This document shows positions 35,568-44,344 of a stretch of DNA of 53,304 nucleotides, in pieces. The notes beneath the pieces were generated by a model. That model saw nothing but the letters and a program-made list of their open reading frames with translations, made no database searches and was not told where the DNA came from. Within the stretch, counting starts at the first letter, position 1. The number at the start of each line of letters is the position of its first letter. Source of the stretch: Bifidobacterium breve (GTDB taxonomy: Bacteria > Actinomycetota > Thermoleophilia > Solirubrobacterales > Solirubrobacteraceae); NCBI GenBank assembly GCA_945901565.1, contig CAMDLG010000001.1:1-53304 (forward strand), in the 5' to 3' direction. A program made the position numbers and the translations under genes.

Positions 35568-37084
35568 ATAAGCAGGCACCGAGTTTCGCTCGGATCATGA
35601 CGATGGTGCTGTTTGCGCTCTCGTGCTTTGGTTTGCTGCTGTTCTTGTGGGTCGCATTCGGCGGGCCGACGCCGCTGCGTCCAGATGGATACCGCTTCAC
35701 CGTGCCTTTCAAGGAGGCAGGCCAGCTCGCACAGGAGGCCGATGTGAGGATCTCCGGCGTGCGCGTCGGCACCATCAAGTCGATCAAGACCGACCCGGTT
35801 AGCGGCAGCTCGAATGTCGTTGTCGAGATGATGCCGCAGTACTCGCCGGTAGCGAAGGACTCACGAGCGATGTTGCGCGCCAAGTCGCTGCTCGGTGAGA
35901 CCTACCTTGAACTTACCCCTGGCAACCCGAACGGCCCGTTTGTGGCGGATAACGGTCGCCTGCCGCAGGGGAACATCAAACCCTCGGTAGAGCTTGACGA
36001 GATCATCCGCGCATTCGACCCGAAGACGCGCGCCGCCTTTGAGACGTGGCAGCAGCAGCTAGCGATCGCTGGCACCGGCTACGGCCGTGACCTCAACGAT
36101 TCGCTTGCGCAGCTCGCGCCGCTCGAGGAGCAGGCAACCAGCCTTGCCAAGGTCCTCAATAAAAACGAGGTCGCGCTCAGCGGCCTGATTCGCGACACCG
36201 GCGGGGTCTTCGCGGCGCTGAGCGCGCGCGGGACTGAGCTTCGCAGCTTGATCATCAACTCCAACCGCGTCTTCTCAACTACTGCGGCAGCGAACCAGCA
36301 GTTGGCCGACACGTTCGTGGCTCTCCCGACTTTCCAGCGCGAATCGCGCCAGACGCTTGACCGCCTCGTGACGTTTGCCGATACGACCAACCCTCTCGTC
36401 ACTCAGCTTCAGCCGGTCGCCAAGCAGCTTGCTCCGACAGCCGCGGCTCTCGACGCGGTCGCTCCAGAGCTGAATGACCTGTTCATCGGGCTCGGTCCGG
36501 CGATGAACTACGCAAAGAAGGGGTTGCCTGCGACCGACAGCCTGCTCGCGGAGACGCCGCCGCTACTGGCCGCTGTCGACCCACTCACCGCCAACATCAA
36601 CCCACTTTTCCAGTACCTCGGTGCCTATCCGAGTGAGATCACGGCGCTGCTCGGTAATGCGGCGGCGGCGACAAACGCCGACGCGCAGCTAAACGGCGAG
36701 CAGGCCAAGTACCTGCGATTGACTAACCCGTTCAACCCGCAGTCGCTCGCGGCCTATCCGCAGCGAGTCGCATCGAGCCGCGGCAACCCGTATCCGCTGC
36801 CGAATTCGTTCAACAAGCTCGGAACGTCAAACATGCCGGTCTACCAAAACTCGCAGTGCACCGGCGGCATTGAGGCCGGTCTCTCGCCGAGCGCTGTCGC
36901 CACGCTCGGGTCGACGCTGAGCACGCGGATCACAGGCTACGCCTTCAATGACAACAGCGGCGGCGCAGGTGACCCGACCGCTGTCGTTGCCCCCGGCTGC
37001 GCGCTTCAAGGGTCGGTATTCACGGATGGCTTCTACTTCCCGCATGTGATCCCCGGCGCAACGACTCCGCAGCTTGTGCCCTGA
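35564..37084 (+). CDS. mceF: MCE-family protein 6 of 6
   Basis: TM plus MlaD domain (YRFTVPFKEAGQLAQEADVRISGVRVGTIKSI). It overlaps mceE by 4 nt. Confidence 0.85.
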   Translation: MNKQAPSFARIMTMVLFALSCFGLLLFLWVAFGGPTPLRPDGYRFTVPFKEAGQLAQEADVRISGVRVGTIKSIKTDPVSGSSNVVVEMMPQYSPVAKDSRAMLRAKSLLGETYLELTPGNPNGPFVADNGRLPQGNIKPSVELDEIIRAFDPKTRAAFETWQQQLAIAGTGYGRDLNDSLAQLAPLEEQATSLAKVLNKNEVALSGLIRDTGGVFAALSARGTELRSLIINSNRVFSTTAAANQQLADTFVALPTFQRESRQTLDRLVTFADTTNPLVTQLQPVAKQLAPTAAALDAVAPELNDLFIGLGPAMNYAKKGLPATDSLLAETPPLLAAVDPLTANINPLFQYLGAYPSEITALLGNAAAATNADAQLNGEQAKYLRLTNPFNPQSLAAYPQRVASSRGNPYPLPNSFNKLGTSNMPVYQNSQCTGGIEAGLSPSAVATLGSTLSTRITGYAFNDNSGGAGDPTAVVAPGCALQGSVFTDGFYFPHVIPGATTPQLVP

Positions 37085-37126
37085 TCGGCTGGCGCCGACG
37101 GCTCGCTGCAGCGCTAGGTTGAACTG

Positions 37127-39754
37127 ATGGCTCGGCGTGCTCTGGCAGCGGTTATGGGCTTTGCCTCAAGGAGGCCGATTGCTCTATGCACGGTCGTGCT
37201 TTTGCTGACGATCGCCGCGGCTGTGTTGGCGCTGCGCCTGCAGCCGAGCGCTGAGACCGAGACGCTCGTAGGCCGTTCGACTGCCGGGTATGAAGCGACG
37301 ACGCTGCTGCATCAGCGGTTTGGCGATGACGCTGTCTACGTCGTTGTTCGTGAGCCCGCGATCAACGTTGCCCTCAGCCAAGATCTCGGTCGCGTCTTTG
37401 GTCTAGAAGGCTGCCTCGCTGGCAACACGGCGCAGGGCTCAGCGGCTCCGGGCGGAGCGAACGGTCCCTGTGCCCAGCTAGCCGCCAGCAAGCCGGCGAA
37501 AGTCGTCTTTGGTCCGGGGACCTTCATCAACGAGGCTGTAAGCCAGATCAATCAGCAGCTGAGGAGCACTGCAGCCGACCAAAAGGCCGAATCGCGCCAG
37601 GCCGCGGCGCGGGCCTACAAGAAAGCACTTGCTGCGGGGAAAGGTGACGCGGCGGCCGCCGCAGCTCGCGACGCAGCGCGCCAGCAGGTCAACGCCTATT
37701 ACTTCCAACAGCTGGCTGGCTTAGCGCTGCGTTACGGGCTCACGAAGGTCCCGGCGCTTGACGATCCGCAGTTTTTGTCGCGGCTGATCTTCGACCCTGA
37801 GCGTCCTGCAGGTACTCCGAAAGCGCGCTTCGCGACGATCTTCCCTAGCTCGCAGGGTGCACTAATCCAAGTCCGGCTCCGCAGCAATCTGACAGAGGCG
37901 CAGCGGCGCACGGCGATTGGGCAGATCCGTGCCGCAACGCGGATGCCGCAGTGGCAGCTTTCGGCCGGCTCGTACCGGGTCACTGGTGCGCCGGTGCTGA
38001 TCGGCGAGCTGAGCGATTCGATCTCGCGCTCGATCGTGATCTTGCTCCTCGCCGCAGTTGCTGTGATGGCATTGGCCTTGGGAATCGTCTTCCGCTCGAG
38101 GTTGCGGTTGCTGCCCCTCGTCGTCGCGCTCGTATCCGTTGCGCTGACCTTCGGCGTCATGGCCGTCAGTGGCATTGCGCTGACGATGGCTTCGATCGCG
38201 GTAGTACCGATCTTGATTGGGTTAGCCGTTGACTACGCGATCCAGTTGCAGTCGCGGTTTGATGAGCAAGGGCCGCCGCTCGCTGCAGCAATAGAGGCTG
38301 TCGCTGCGCGCGGTGCGCCGACGATCATCACGGCCGCTGCGGCGACGGCCGCGGGCTTCTTCGTGCTGGTGCTCTCGCCGGTGCCTATGGTGCGCGGATT
38401 TGGGCTCTTGCTGATGATCGGAATAACGCTGGCGCTGGTCTGCTCGATGACGCTCGGGGTTGCCGCCGCCGCGTTAGCTGAGCGGCGCGCTGGCCCGCCG
38501 CCAAGGCCTATCGCGGCGATAGCCGGCGCTTGGCGCGACGCCGGGCAGGTGATCTCTGAGACGGTGCTCTGGCGCGCTGTCTCAAGACGATCGCGCGGCG
38601 CCGCTTCTGCCGCGCTGCGAACCGCCGTCGCTCGCCCCGGGCGTGTGCTCGCTGCGGCTGCGGCGCTGGCGCTGATCGGCTGGGCGCTCGATACGCAGGC
38701 GCCGGTCGAGTCCGACGTGCAGAAGCTCGTCCCCGCATCTTTGCCAGCGCTTCGTGATCTTCAGGATCTGCAGCGGGTCAGCGGCGTTGGCGGCGAGGTG
38801 AACGTTGTTGTTGAGGCGGCCAACGCCTCAGCTCCGGCAGTCGTCGCTTGGATGACCGATTACCAAACTCGCGTCCTGAAGCGGCTCGACTACAACCCAA
38901 AGCGCGGCTGCCGCAGCTCAGATATTTGCCCAGCGTTCTCACTACCCGACCTCTTCACAACACCAGAGTCGGTCTCATCGCAGCAGCGCGTCGACGCCTT
39001 ACTGGGCGCGGTGCCGCCCTACTTGACGCAGAACGTAATTGCCCCGGATAAGAAAACTGCAACGCTTGCCTTCGGTATCCGGCTGATGAGCCTGAAGCGA
39101 CAGTTCGCGGCGCTGCGCGTAATGCAGGAAGAGCTGAACCCACCGCCCGGCGTGCGCGCCAGGCTGGCGGGGCTGCCGGTGCTCACGGCGGCTGCAAACG
39201 ACCGCCTCGCTTCGCCGCTGCGCCGCGGCGCCGCGCTCTTTGCGAGCCTTCTTGTCGTTGGGCTGGTGTTGCTGATTGCGCTTCGCAGCTTCCGCAGGGC
39301 GATCGTGCCGCTGGTGCCGATCGCGCTCGCGACCGGCTGGTCGGCGTTGATCCTCTTCGCAACGCGGATTCCTCTAAATCCGCTCTCCGTCGTACTCGGC
39401 ACATTGGTCGTTGCGATCGCGACCGAGTTCAGCGTGCTGCTCAGCGAGCGTTACCGGCGTGAGCGCGGCGACGGTTTGGAGCCAAGCGAAGCGCTCCGTG
39501 CGACCTACCGTTCGACCGGAGCTGCAGTTCTGGCGTCCGGGACTACAGCGATCGCCGGCTTTGCGGTCCTTACGCTTTCGGAGATTCGCATGCTGCGCGA
39601 CTTCGGCTTCGTGACGGTGATCGATCTAGCGGTCGCGCTTGCCGGAGTCCTCCTCGTGCTGCCAGCCGTGCTGATGCTGGCTGAGCCAAGAGCATTGCGC
39701 AGTCGGTTTGCCTTTGTTGCTGACTTTCTATTTCCACGTAGCTCGGCGCCGTGA
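37127..39754 (+). CDS. MMPL/RND-superfamily transporter (HpnN/MmpL-like, 12 TMS with two extracytoplasmic domains)
   Basis: 875 aa with a duplicated architecture: a TM helix, a large soluble loop, then a 5-TM bundle, twice over. The VPILIGLAVDYAIQL and ATEFSVLLSERYRRER segments are typical of MMPL-type RND proteins. Confidence 0.8.
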   Translation: MARRALAAVMGFASRRPIALCTVVLLLTIAAAVLALRLQPSAETETLVGRSTAGYEATTLLHQRFGDDAVYVVVREPAINVALSQDLGRVFGLEGCLAGNTAQGSAAPGGANGPCAQLAASKPAKVVFGPGTFINEAVSQINQQLRSTAADQKAESRQAAARAYKKALAAGKGDAAAAAARDAARQQVNAYYFQQLAGLALRYGLTKVPALDDPQFLSRLIFDPERPAGTPKARFATIFPSSQGALIQVRLRSNLTEAQRRTAIGQIRAATRMPQWQLSAGSYRVTGAPVLIGELSDSISRSIVILLLAAVAVMALALGIVFRSRLRLLPLVVALVSVALTFGVMAVSGIALTMASIAVVPILIGLAVDYAIQLQSRFDEQGPPLAAAIEAVAARGAPTIITAAAATAAGFFVLVLSPVPMVRGFGLLLMIGITLALVCSMTLGVAAAALAERRAGPPPRPIAAIAGAWRDAGQVISETVLWRAVSRRSRGAASAALRTAVARPGRVLAAAAALALIGWALDTQAPVESDVQKLVPASLPALRDLQDLQRVSGVGGEVNVVVEAANASAPAVVAWMTDYQTRVLKRLDYNPKRGCRSSDICPAFSLPDLFTTPESVSSQQRVDALLGAVPPYLTQNVIAPDKKTATLAFGIRLMSLKRQFAALRVMQEELNPPPGVRARLAGLPVLTAAANDRLASPLRRGAALFASLLVVGLVLLIALRSFRRAIVPLVPIALATGWSALILFATRIPLNPLSVVLGTLVVAIATEFSVLLSERYRRERGDGLEPSEALRATYRSTGAAVLASGTTAIAGFAVLTLSEIRMLRDFGFVTVIDLAVALAGVLLVLPAVLMLAEPRALRSRFAFVADFLFPRSSAP

Positions 39755-40371
39755 GCGAGCAGCCGCAGCCGCCGCGATCAAGGTTGCCAGGAATCTTGGC
39801 GACGACCGCCTTGATAGCGCTGATCGCTTACGTCACCTTCAACACACTCAGTAGCGAGCGTGGATCCTCGACCGGCCCGCTAGCCGGAGAGCCAATGGCG
39901 CAGTTTGCGGCGCCGCTCGTTGCGTCGTCGCTTGAGGGCGATGTCAATGTGATTCAACGCTCGGGCTCAGGCACGGTGGCCTGCGACGTGAAGGGCGCCC
40001 GGGTCTTGAACTCCTGCCAGCTAGTCGCCAACCGGCCAGCGGCGTTGATCTTCATCAATGACAGCGACGGGCGCTGCGCCAACGCGCTCGACGATCTTGT
40101 GGCCGCCGCACGGAGGTTTCCCAAGCTAAACGTTGCCGCGATAGTGATCGGTGGTCAGCGCGATGCGGCGCGAACGTTGATCTCCGATCATCGCTGGCGG
40201 GTGCCTGTCGCTCAAGACCGCGACGGCGCGCTAGCCAACCTCTATGGCGTCGCCGTCTGTCCTCAGATCGTCTATCTGCGCCGCGGTGGCGTCGTGGACG
40301 GCGTAAGCGTCGGTGACCCCAGCGCCGCCGAGCTGCAGCGGCGCTTAGCGGCGATCAGCGAGGTGAACTGA
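39751..40371 (+). CDS. Membrane-anchored thioredoxin-fold (TlpA/redoxin-like) protein with a degenerate active site
   Basis: The GTG overlaps the MMPL stop (GTGA). It has an N-terminal TM. ALIFINDSDGRCANAL sits where WCxxC is expected, and VAVCPQIVYL fits the cis-Pro loop. Confidence 0.5.
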   Translation: MSEQPQPPRSRLPGILATTALIALIAYVTFNTLSSERGSSTGPLAGEPMAQFAAPLVASSLEGDVNVIQRSGSGTVACDVKGARVLNSCQLVANRPAALIFINDSDGRCANALDDLVAAARRFPKLNVAAIVIGGQRDAARTLISDHRWRVPVAQDRDGALANLYGVAVCPQIVYLRRGGVVDGVSVGDPSAAELQRRLAAISEVN

Positions 40372-40375
40372 GCGA

Positions 40376-40981
40376 ATGCCACGAGAGGCAAGCGTGCAAC
40401 GCGGTTGGATTGCTCCTAGGCTTGCCGCCGAGTTTCCGGAGTTGCAGCTAGCGACGCTGCGTGCTCAGTGCATCTCTGTCGACTCTGAGCTTGGTGTCAG
40501 CGAACGACTGGCACTGCTTGCGAGCCGTTTTAATGGTCGTCAGGCGATAGCGCTGCGCGAAGCTCCGATCGCGTCGGCCTACCGGACCTTTTTCCGCCAG
40601 ATCGGTATCGACCCTGAGCAGCAGCGACCACCGGCCGAGCAGGCGGCCGTCGAGCGCCTGCTCAGCGGCGGCAATCCGCCGCAAGGACGGGTCGCCGATG
40701 CCTTACTCCTGGCGCTGCTTGAGACTTCGGTCCCCGTTTACGGTTTCGACGCCGAGCTAGTTACCGAGCCGCTCGGGATCGACCTTTCGCCTTCCGGGGC
40801 GCTGCTGCTGGCTGACAGCGAGCGCCCTCTTTGGCATCTCTTCGCGCCCGACGGCAGTGATTTCTTTGCAGTCCCGAAGAGCAGGCAGGTACTGCTGGCA
40901 GCGGTCGGAGCGCCGGGCGTCCCGGGGTTGGCCCTTGATGAGGCTCTCTGGCTCGCCCAGTCGGCGCTTAGCGGTAGCTGA
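40376..40981 (+). CDS. Stand-alone B3/B4 (PheT-like tRNA-binding/editing fold) domain protein, COG3382-like
   Basis: 201 aa. ASAYRTFFRQIGIDPEQQRPPAEQAAVERLL and LLALLETSVPVYGFD follow the B3_4 pattern (AYR.F.r..G.DP...RPS.EaL). It starts 4 nt after the upstream stop. Confidence 0.55.
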   Translation: MPREASVQRGWIAPRLAAEFPELQLATLRAQCISVDSELGVSERLALLASRFNGRQAIALREAPIASAYRTFFRQIGIDPEQQRPPAEQAAVERLLSGGNPPQGRVADALLLALLETSVPVYGFDAELVTEPLGIDLSPSGALLLADSERPLWHLFAPDGSDFFAVPKSRQVLLAAVGAPGVPGLALDEALWLAQSALSGS

Positions 40982-41009
40982 TTGCCGCCCAGCCCGTTAG
41001 AATGTCGCT

Positions 41010-41471
41010 ATGGCAGCGCTGCTTATAGATCAGGAAGTTGGTGTCGCGACGCTTGACGAGCGCGCGGCGCGGCGTTCTCTGCTTCTGCAGGTTGCTGGGC
41101 TCGAAACGACCCTCAGCCGTAACCAGTCTGAGGCGTTTCCAGATCAGCTCCAATTAACTCCTCTCCCCAGCGGTGCGGCGCGGCTGCAGGATCTAGAGCG
41201 ACTAGAGCTGCTGCGCGACGCTCTCGTCGGCGCCGTCGTAGAGTCAAGGGCTGCGTTGATCGAGCGCGAAGAGCGCCGCGATTCGGCCCAGGAGCGGCTC
41301 GGAGCACTTCTTCTTGACCCGCGCTCAAATCGCCGCGTACGGATTACGCAGCGCGAGCTTGGTGTCGGCGGCTGCGGCGTCTGGAGCGCCGTGCCACGGC
41401 TCGGGCCGATGGGGCGCCTTATGGGTTGGTGGCGCGTAAAGCTCTCATCCGGCTGCCCCTTAGCCACCTGA
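41010..41471 (+). CDS. Hypothetical protein: predicted coiled-coil with a C-terminal Cys/Trp-rich motif
   Basis: 153 aa in operon context. The C-terminus reads GVGGCGVWSAVPRLGPMGRLMGWWRVKLSSGCP. I recognised no family. Confidence 0.5.
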   Translation: MAALLIDQEVGVATLDERAARRSLLLQVAGLETTLSRNQSEAFPDQLQLTPLPSGAARLQDLERLELLRDALVGAVVESRAALIEREERRDSAQERLGALLLDPRSNRRVRITQRELGVGGCGVWSAVPRLGPMGRLMGWWRVKLSSGCPLAT

Positions 41472-41472
41472 C

Positions 41473-41961
41473 ATGGGACGGCGAAGCCGCAAGCGCGGAC
41501 TTTCCCAGCGGTCAGCCGACGATCAGGAGGCGCGTCAGCCTGCTCCAACTGAAGCTGCCAAGGCGAAGCCCGAGCGTCGCCGTGCGAGGCTCAACGAAGC
41601 CCCGCGGCCACCGTGGGCGCCAGTCCCGCTCACCGAGATATGCATCTTCGTAGGGATCATCGTCGTTACTGTCGCCCTCTTCGGAGCTTCTCAGCGCGGG
41701 CTGCTGATTGGATTTGGACTGGCGTTAATCCTCGTCGCCACTCTCGAGCTAACGCTGCGCGAGCACCTCAGCGGCTATCGGTCGCATTCCGTTCTGATCG
41801 CTGCCTGTGCTTCAGTCCTGCTCTGCCTGCCGCTCGCGCTAGTCACGGGATTGCCAAAAAACTTGCTGCTCGCGGCGGCGGCGCTGATCTTCGGACTTGG
41901 CTGGGCTTTTCTGCGTAATCTCTTTCGCAGTCGATCAGGAGGAATGTCTTGGAGAGCATGA
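41473..41961 (+). CDS. Hypothetical membrane protein (basic N-terminus, ~4 TM helices)
   Basis: 162 aa. It starts 1 nt after the previous stop. The Arg/Lys-rich ~50 aa are followed by hydrophobic helices. Confidence 0.55.
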   Translation: MGRRSRKRGLSQRSADDQEARQPAPTEAAKAKPERRRARLNEAPRPPWAPVPLTEICIFVGIIVVTVALFGASQRGLLIGFGLALILVATLELTLREHLSGYRSHSVLIAACASVLLCLPLALVTGLPKNLLLAAAALIFGLGWAFLRNLFRSRSGGMSWRA

Positions 41962-42416
41962 GTAGCGAGCAGTTTCCTGCGCCTGAGGCGGCCCCGCAGG
42001 CCGGTTCAGCGCAACCGATGCGCATTGCGGGGCTCGATCACCTCACCTTGATCTGCAGCAACCTCGAGCGCACAACCTCGTTCTACAGAGATGTTCTTGG
42101 CCTCGCACTCGTCAACGAAAGCGTCAATGCCGACGACCCCGCGACGCGCCACTTCTGGTTCTCCAGCGGCGGTGATCAACCGCTGAGGCTCAGTTTCACT
42201 GAGTATCCGCAGATGACGCCCGCCGCGCAGGGCAGCGGCGGCGTCCACCACATTGCGCTCAGCGTTGGGTCGGCGGATGAGGTGGCTGCCTGGCGCGACT
42301 ATCTGCAGCAGCGTTCAATCCCAACCACCGAAGTCTTTGACCGTGACCAGCTGTGTTCGATCTATCTGCGTGACCCAGACGGCCAGATTCTCGAGTTCGC
42401 CGCCCGCCCGGATTGA
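41958..42416 (+). CDS. VOC-family (glyoxalase/bleomycin-resistance/dioxygenase) protein
   Basis: IAGLDHLTLICSNLERTTSFYRDVLGL...GVHHIALSV...SIYLRDPDGQILEF. The ATG at 41958 overlaps the upstream stop (ATGA). The ORF-track start is 41949. Confidence 0.75.
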   Translation: MSSEQFPAPEAAPQAGSAQPMRIAGLDHLTLICSNLERTTSFYRDVLGLALVNESVNADDPATRHFWFSSGGDQPLRLSFTEYPQMTPAAQGSGGVHHIALSVGSADEVAAWRDYLQQRSIPTTEVFDRDQLCSIYLRDPDGQILEFAARPD

Positions 42417-42426
42417 TCCCCGAAGC

Positions 42427-42744
42427 TCAGTTGCTTGGCAGGACGTCGGCTAGCGCGTGGCGCTGACGCTCAGTCATCGAGCCGATTGTCTTGTGCTCTG
42501 AAATAGGGATGCTCTGCAGAAGACGACGGCAGCGCGCGCGTCCCCAGCGCCTTTGGCTAGTGATCAGGTCGGAGACCGTCATCGATTGAGCTTCCCAAGG
42601 TGATTCGATGATCACTTCCGCGGCCAGCGTGTCACCGGCTGCGACGCGGCGCTTCAACTCAGCGCGGGCAAGTCGAACCGTGTTCGCGCGTTCAAGTGCG
42701 CGTAGGTGCTGTGGGGCGGTCGGCTTGCTCGCAGTTTGAGTCAT
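42427..42744 (-). CDS. mihF: Actinobacterial-type integration host factor (mIHF)-like nucleoid protein
   Basis: 105 aa. LRALERANTVRLARAELKRRVAAGD...MTVSDLITSQRRWGRARCRRLL...IGSMTERQRHALADVL matches the mIHF layout. AAGGAG lies 5 nt upstream of the ATG at 42744. I rejected the ORF-track extension to 42930. Confidence 0.7.
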   Translation of the reverse strand: MTQTASKPTAPQHLRALERANTVRLARAELKRRVAAGDTLAAEVIIESPWEAQSMTVSDLITSQRRWGRARCRRLLQSIPISEHKTIGSMTERQRHALADVLPSN

Positions 42745-42928
42745 GAGTCTCCTTAGGGCGCTTGCTGGCGTCCTCAATTGAATGGTCGAAGAATGTCTTT
42801 GCGGTGTAGGGGCCGCTCGGATCAGGTTTAGATTTTGTGGAGTGCATTTGGGTTCTGAGCGGGGATCCCTACGGGCCCGGTCAGCGCCTCCTGCGCTCCT
42901 CGCCGACTGCCAAGCAACCGACCTCTTC

Positions 42929-42958
42929 AATCTACGAAATTAGACGCGAGGACGTCAA
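42929..42958 (-). promoter_or_regulatory. Sigma-70-like promoter candidate for mihF
   Basis: The minus strand reads TTGACG (42953-42958), an 18-nt spacer, then TAGATT (42929-42934). That implies a ~180-nt leader. Confidence 0.3.
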
Positions 42959-43025
42959 CAACCTGTAAACGATTTGCGCGCTCAGAGCGGTAAATCGATC
43001 ACCGTGAGGGGGTGCGCTGTGGCAG

Positions 43026-44330
43026 CTAGTGATCGTCCGGGCCGGGCAGCGGACCGTGCTCAGCTTCAAAGCTCTTCTTGACCGACTCGAATGCATCGAG
43101 CGAGCGGTCGAGCGTCGCTCTGTCGTGCGTCGCCATCACGCTGGTGCGCAGTAGCGCGCCGCTTGGCGGGACGGCCGGATGGAGCGCGGTGTTGACGAAG
43201 ACGCCGGCATCGTAGAGCGCCCTCCAAAGCAGCACGGCCTTCCAGTCATCGCCTACGACGACCGGGACGATCGGCGTAACAATATCTCCGTTCAAAACAC
43301 CTGGCGCGTCGAGCTGCGCGGTTGCTGAACCCAGCGCCTGCGGCTTCACAACTGCGAAGCCAAGTTGCTCCAGCCCATCGCGCAGGTAACGGGCGTTATC
43401 GAGGACTGCCGAGAAAAGCGGTGGACCGTCCTCGGAGCGAATAATTCGCAGCGCCGCGAGCGCCGCGCCGACCGCTGCCGGCACCGCGGACGCCGTGAAA
43501 AGGTAGGCACGGGCTGAAACCCGCAGGTAATCGATCACTTCTGAGCTGCCAGCCACGAAGCCGCCGCAGGAGGCCAGCGACTTCGAGAAAGTGCCGGTTC
43601 GAAGGTCGACCTTATCTTCGACGCCGAGCAGCTCCGGCGTGCCCGAACCACGCGCGCCGAGCACTCCGGCCCCGTGCGCGTCATCGACCAGTAGCCGGGC
43701 ACCATAGCTGGCACAAAGTTCGGCAATTTGGTCAACCGGTGCGATATCGCCCTCCATCGAGAAGACGCCGTCGACGACTACCAGCACGCCGCCACCGTCG
43801 CCCGAAGCCCGCTCCAGCGCACGCTCGAGTTTGTCTATCCGGTTGTGCCGGAAGGCCCTCAGCTTGGCTTTCGACTGAATACAACCGTCGAGGATTGAGG
43901 CGTGGTCGCCGGAGTCAGCGATGACCGTGTCGCCAGGGCCGAGGATCGTGCCGATAGTGCCTAGATTGGTCTGATGGCCGGTAGTGAAGACCAGTGCGTC
44001 CTCGCTGCCGACCCACTCCGCGATCTCGCGCTCAAGCTCGATGTGCAGCGCAATCGTGCCGTTCAGCAGCCTTGATCCAGTTAGCCCTGTGCCGTAGGTC
44101 TCAAGCGCCGCGCGGGCACCGTCCATGACGCGCTCGTCGCCGGTCAACCCAAGGTAGTTGTTGGAGCCGAGCATGATCCGCTCGGCGCCTTCCATCGTCA
44201 CGACTGGGCGCGCCGGTCCGTCGAGCAAGCGGAAGTAGGGGAGCAGGTCGGCCTCGCGGGCTGCGCGGAGCTGCTCCTCTCGTTCGTGGCCGCGGACTTT
44301 TGCGAAGAGGTCTATTTGTGTCTTTGCCAT
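43026..44330 (-). CDS. PLP-dependent alpha-oxoamine synthase (BioF/KBL/serine palmitoyltransferase family; overall layout most SPT-like)
   Basis: 434 aa. SNNYLGL, GSRLLNG, DSGDHASI, VDDAHG and the PLP-Lys context GTFSKSLAS are present. The N-terminal DLFAKV...LLPYFR segment resembles bacterial SPTs. Confidence 0.8.
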   Translation of the reverse strand: MAKTQIDLFAKVRGHEREEQLRAAREADLLPYFRLLDGPARPVVTMEGAERIMLGSNNYLGLTGDERVMDGARAALETYGTGLTGSRLLNGTIALHIELEREIAEWVGSEDALVFTTGHQTNLGTIGTILGPGDTVIADSGDHASILDGCIQSKAKLRAFRHNRIDKLERALERASGDGGGVLVVVDGVFSMEGDIAPVDQIAELCASYGARLLVDDAHGAGVLGARGSGTPELLGVEDKVDLRTGTFSKSLASCGGFVAGSSEVIDYLRVSARAYLFTASAVPAAVGAALAALRIIRSEDGPPLFSAVLDNARYLRDGLEQLGFAVVKPQALGSATAQLDAPGVLNGDIVTPIVPVVVGDDWKAVLLWRALYDAGVFVNTALHPAVPPSGALLRTSVMATHDRATLDRSLDAFESVKKSFEAEHGPLPGPDDH

Positions 44331-44344
44331 ATAGGGTTCTGCCT

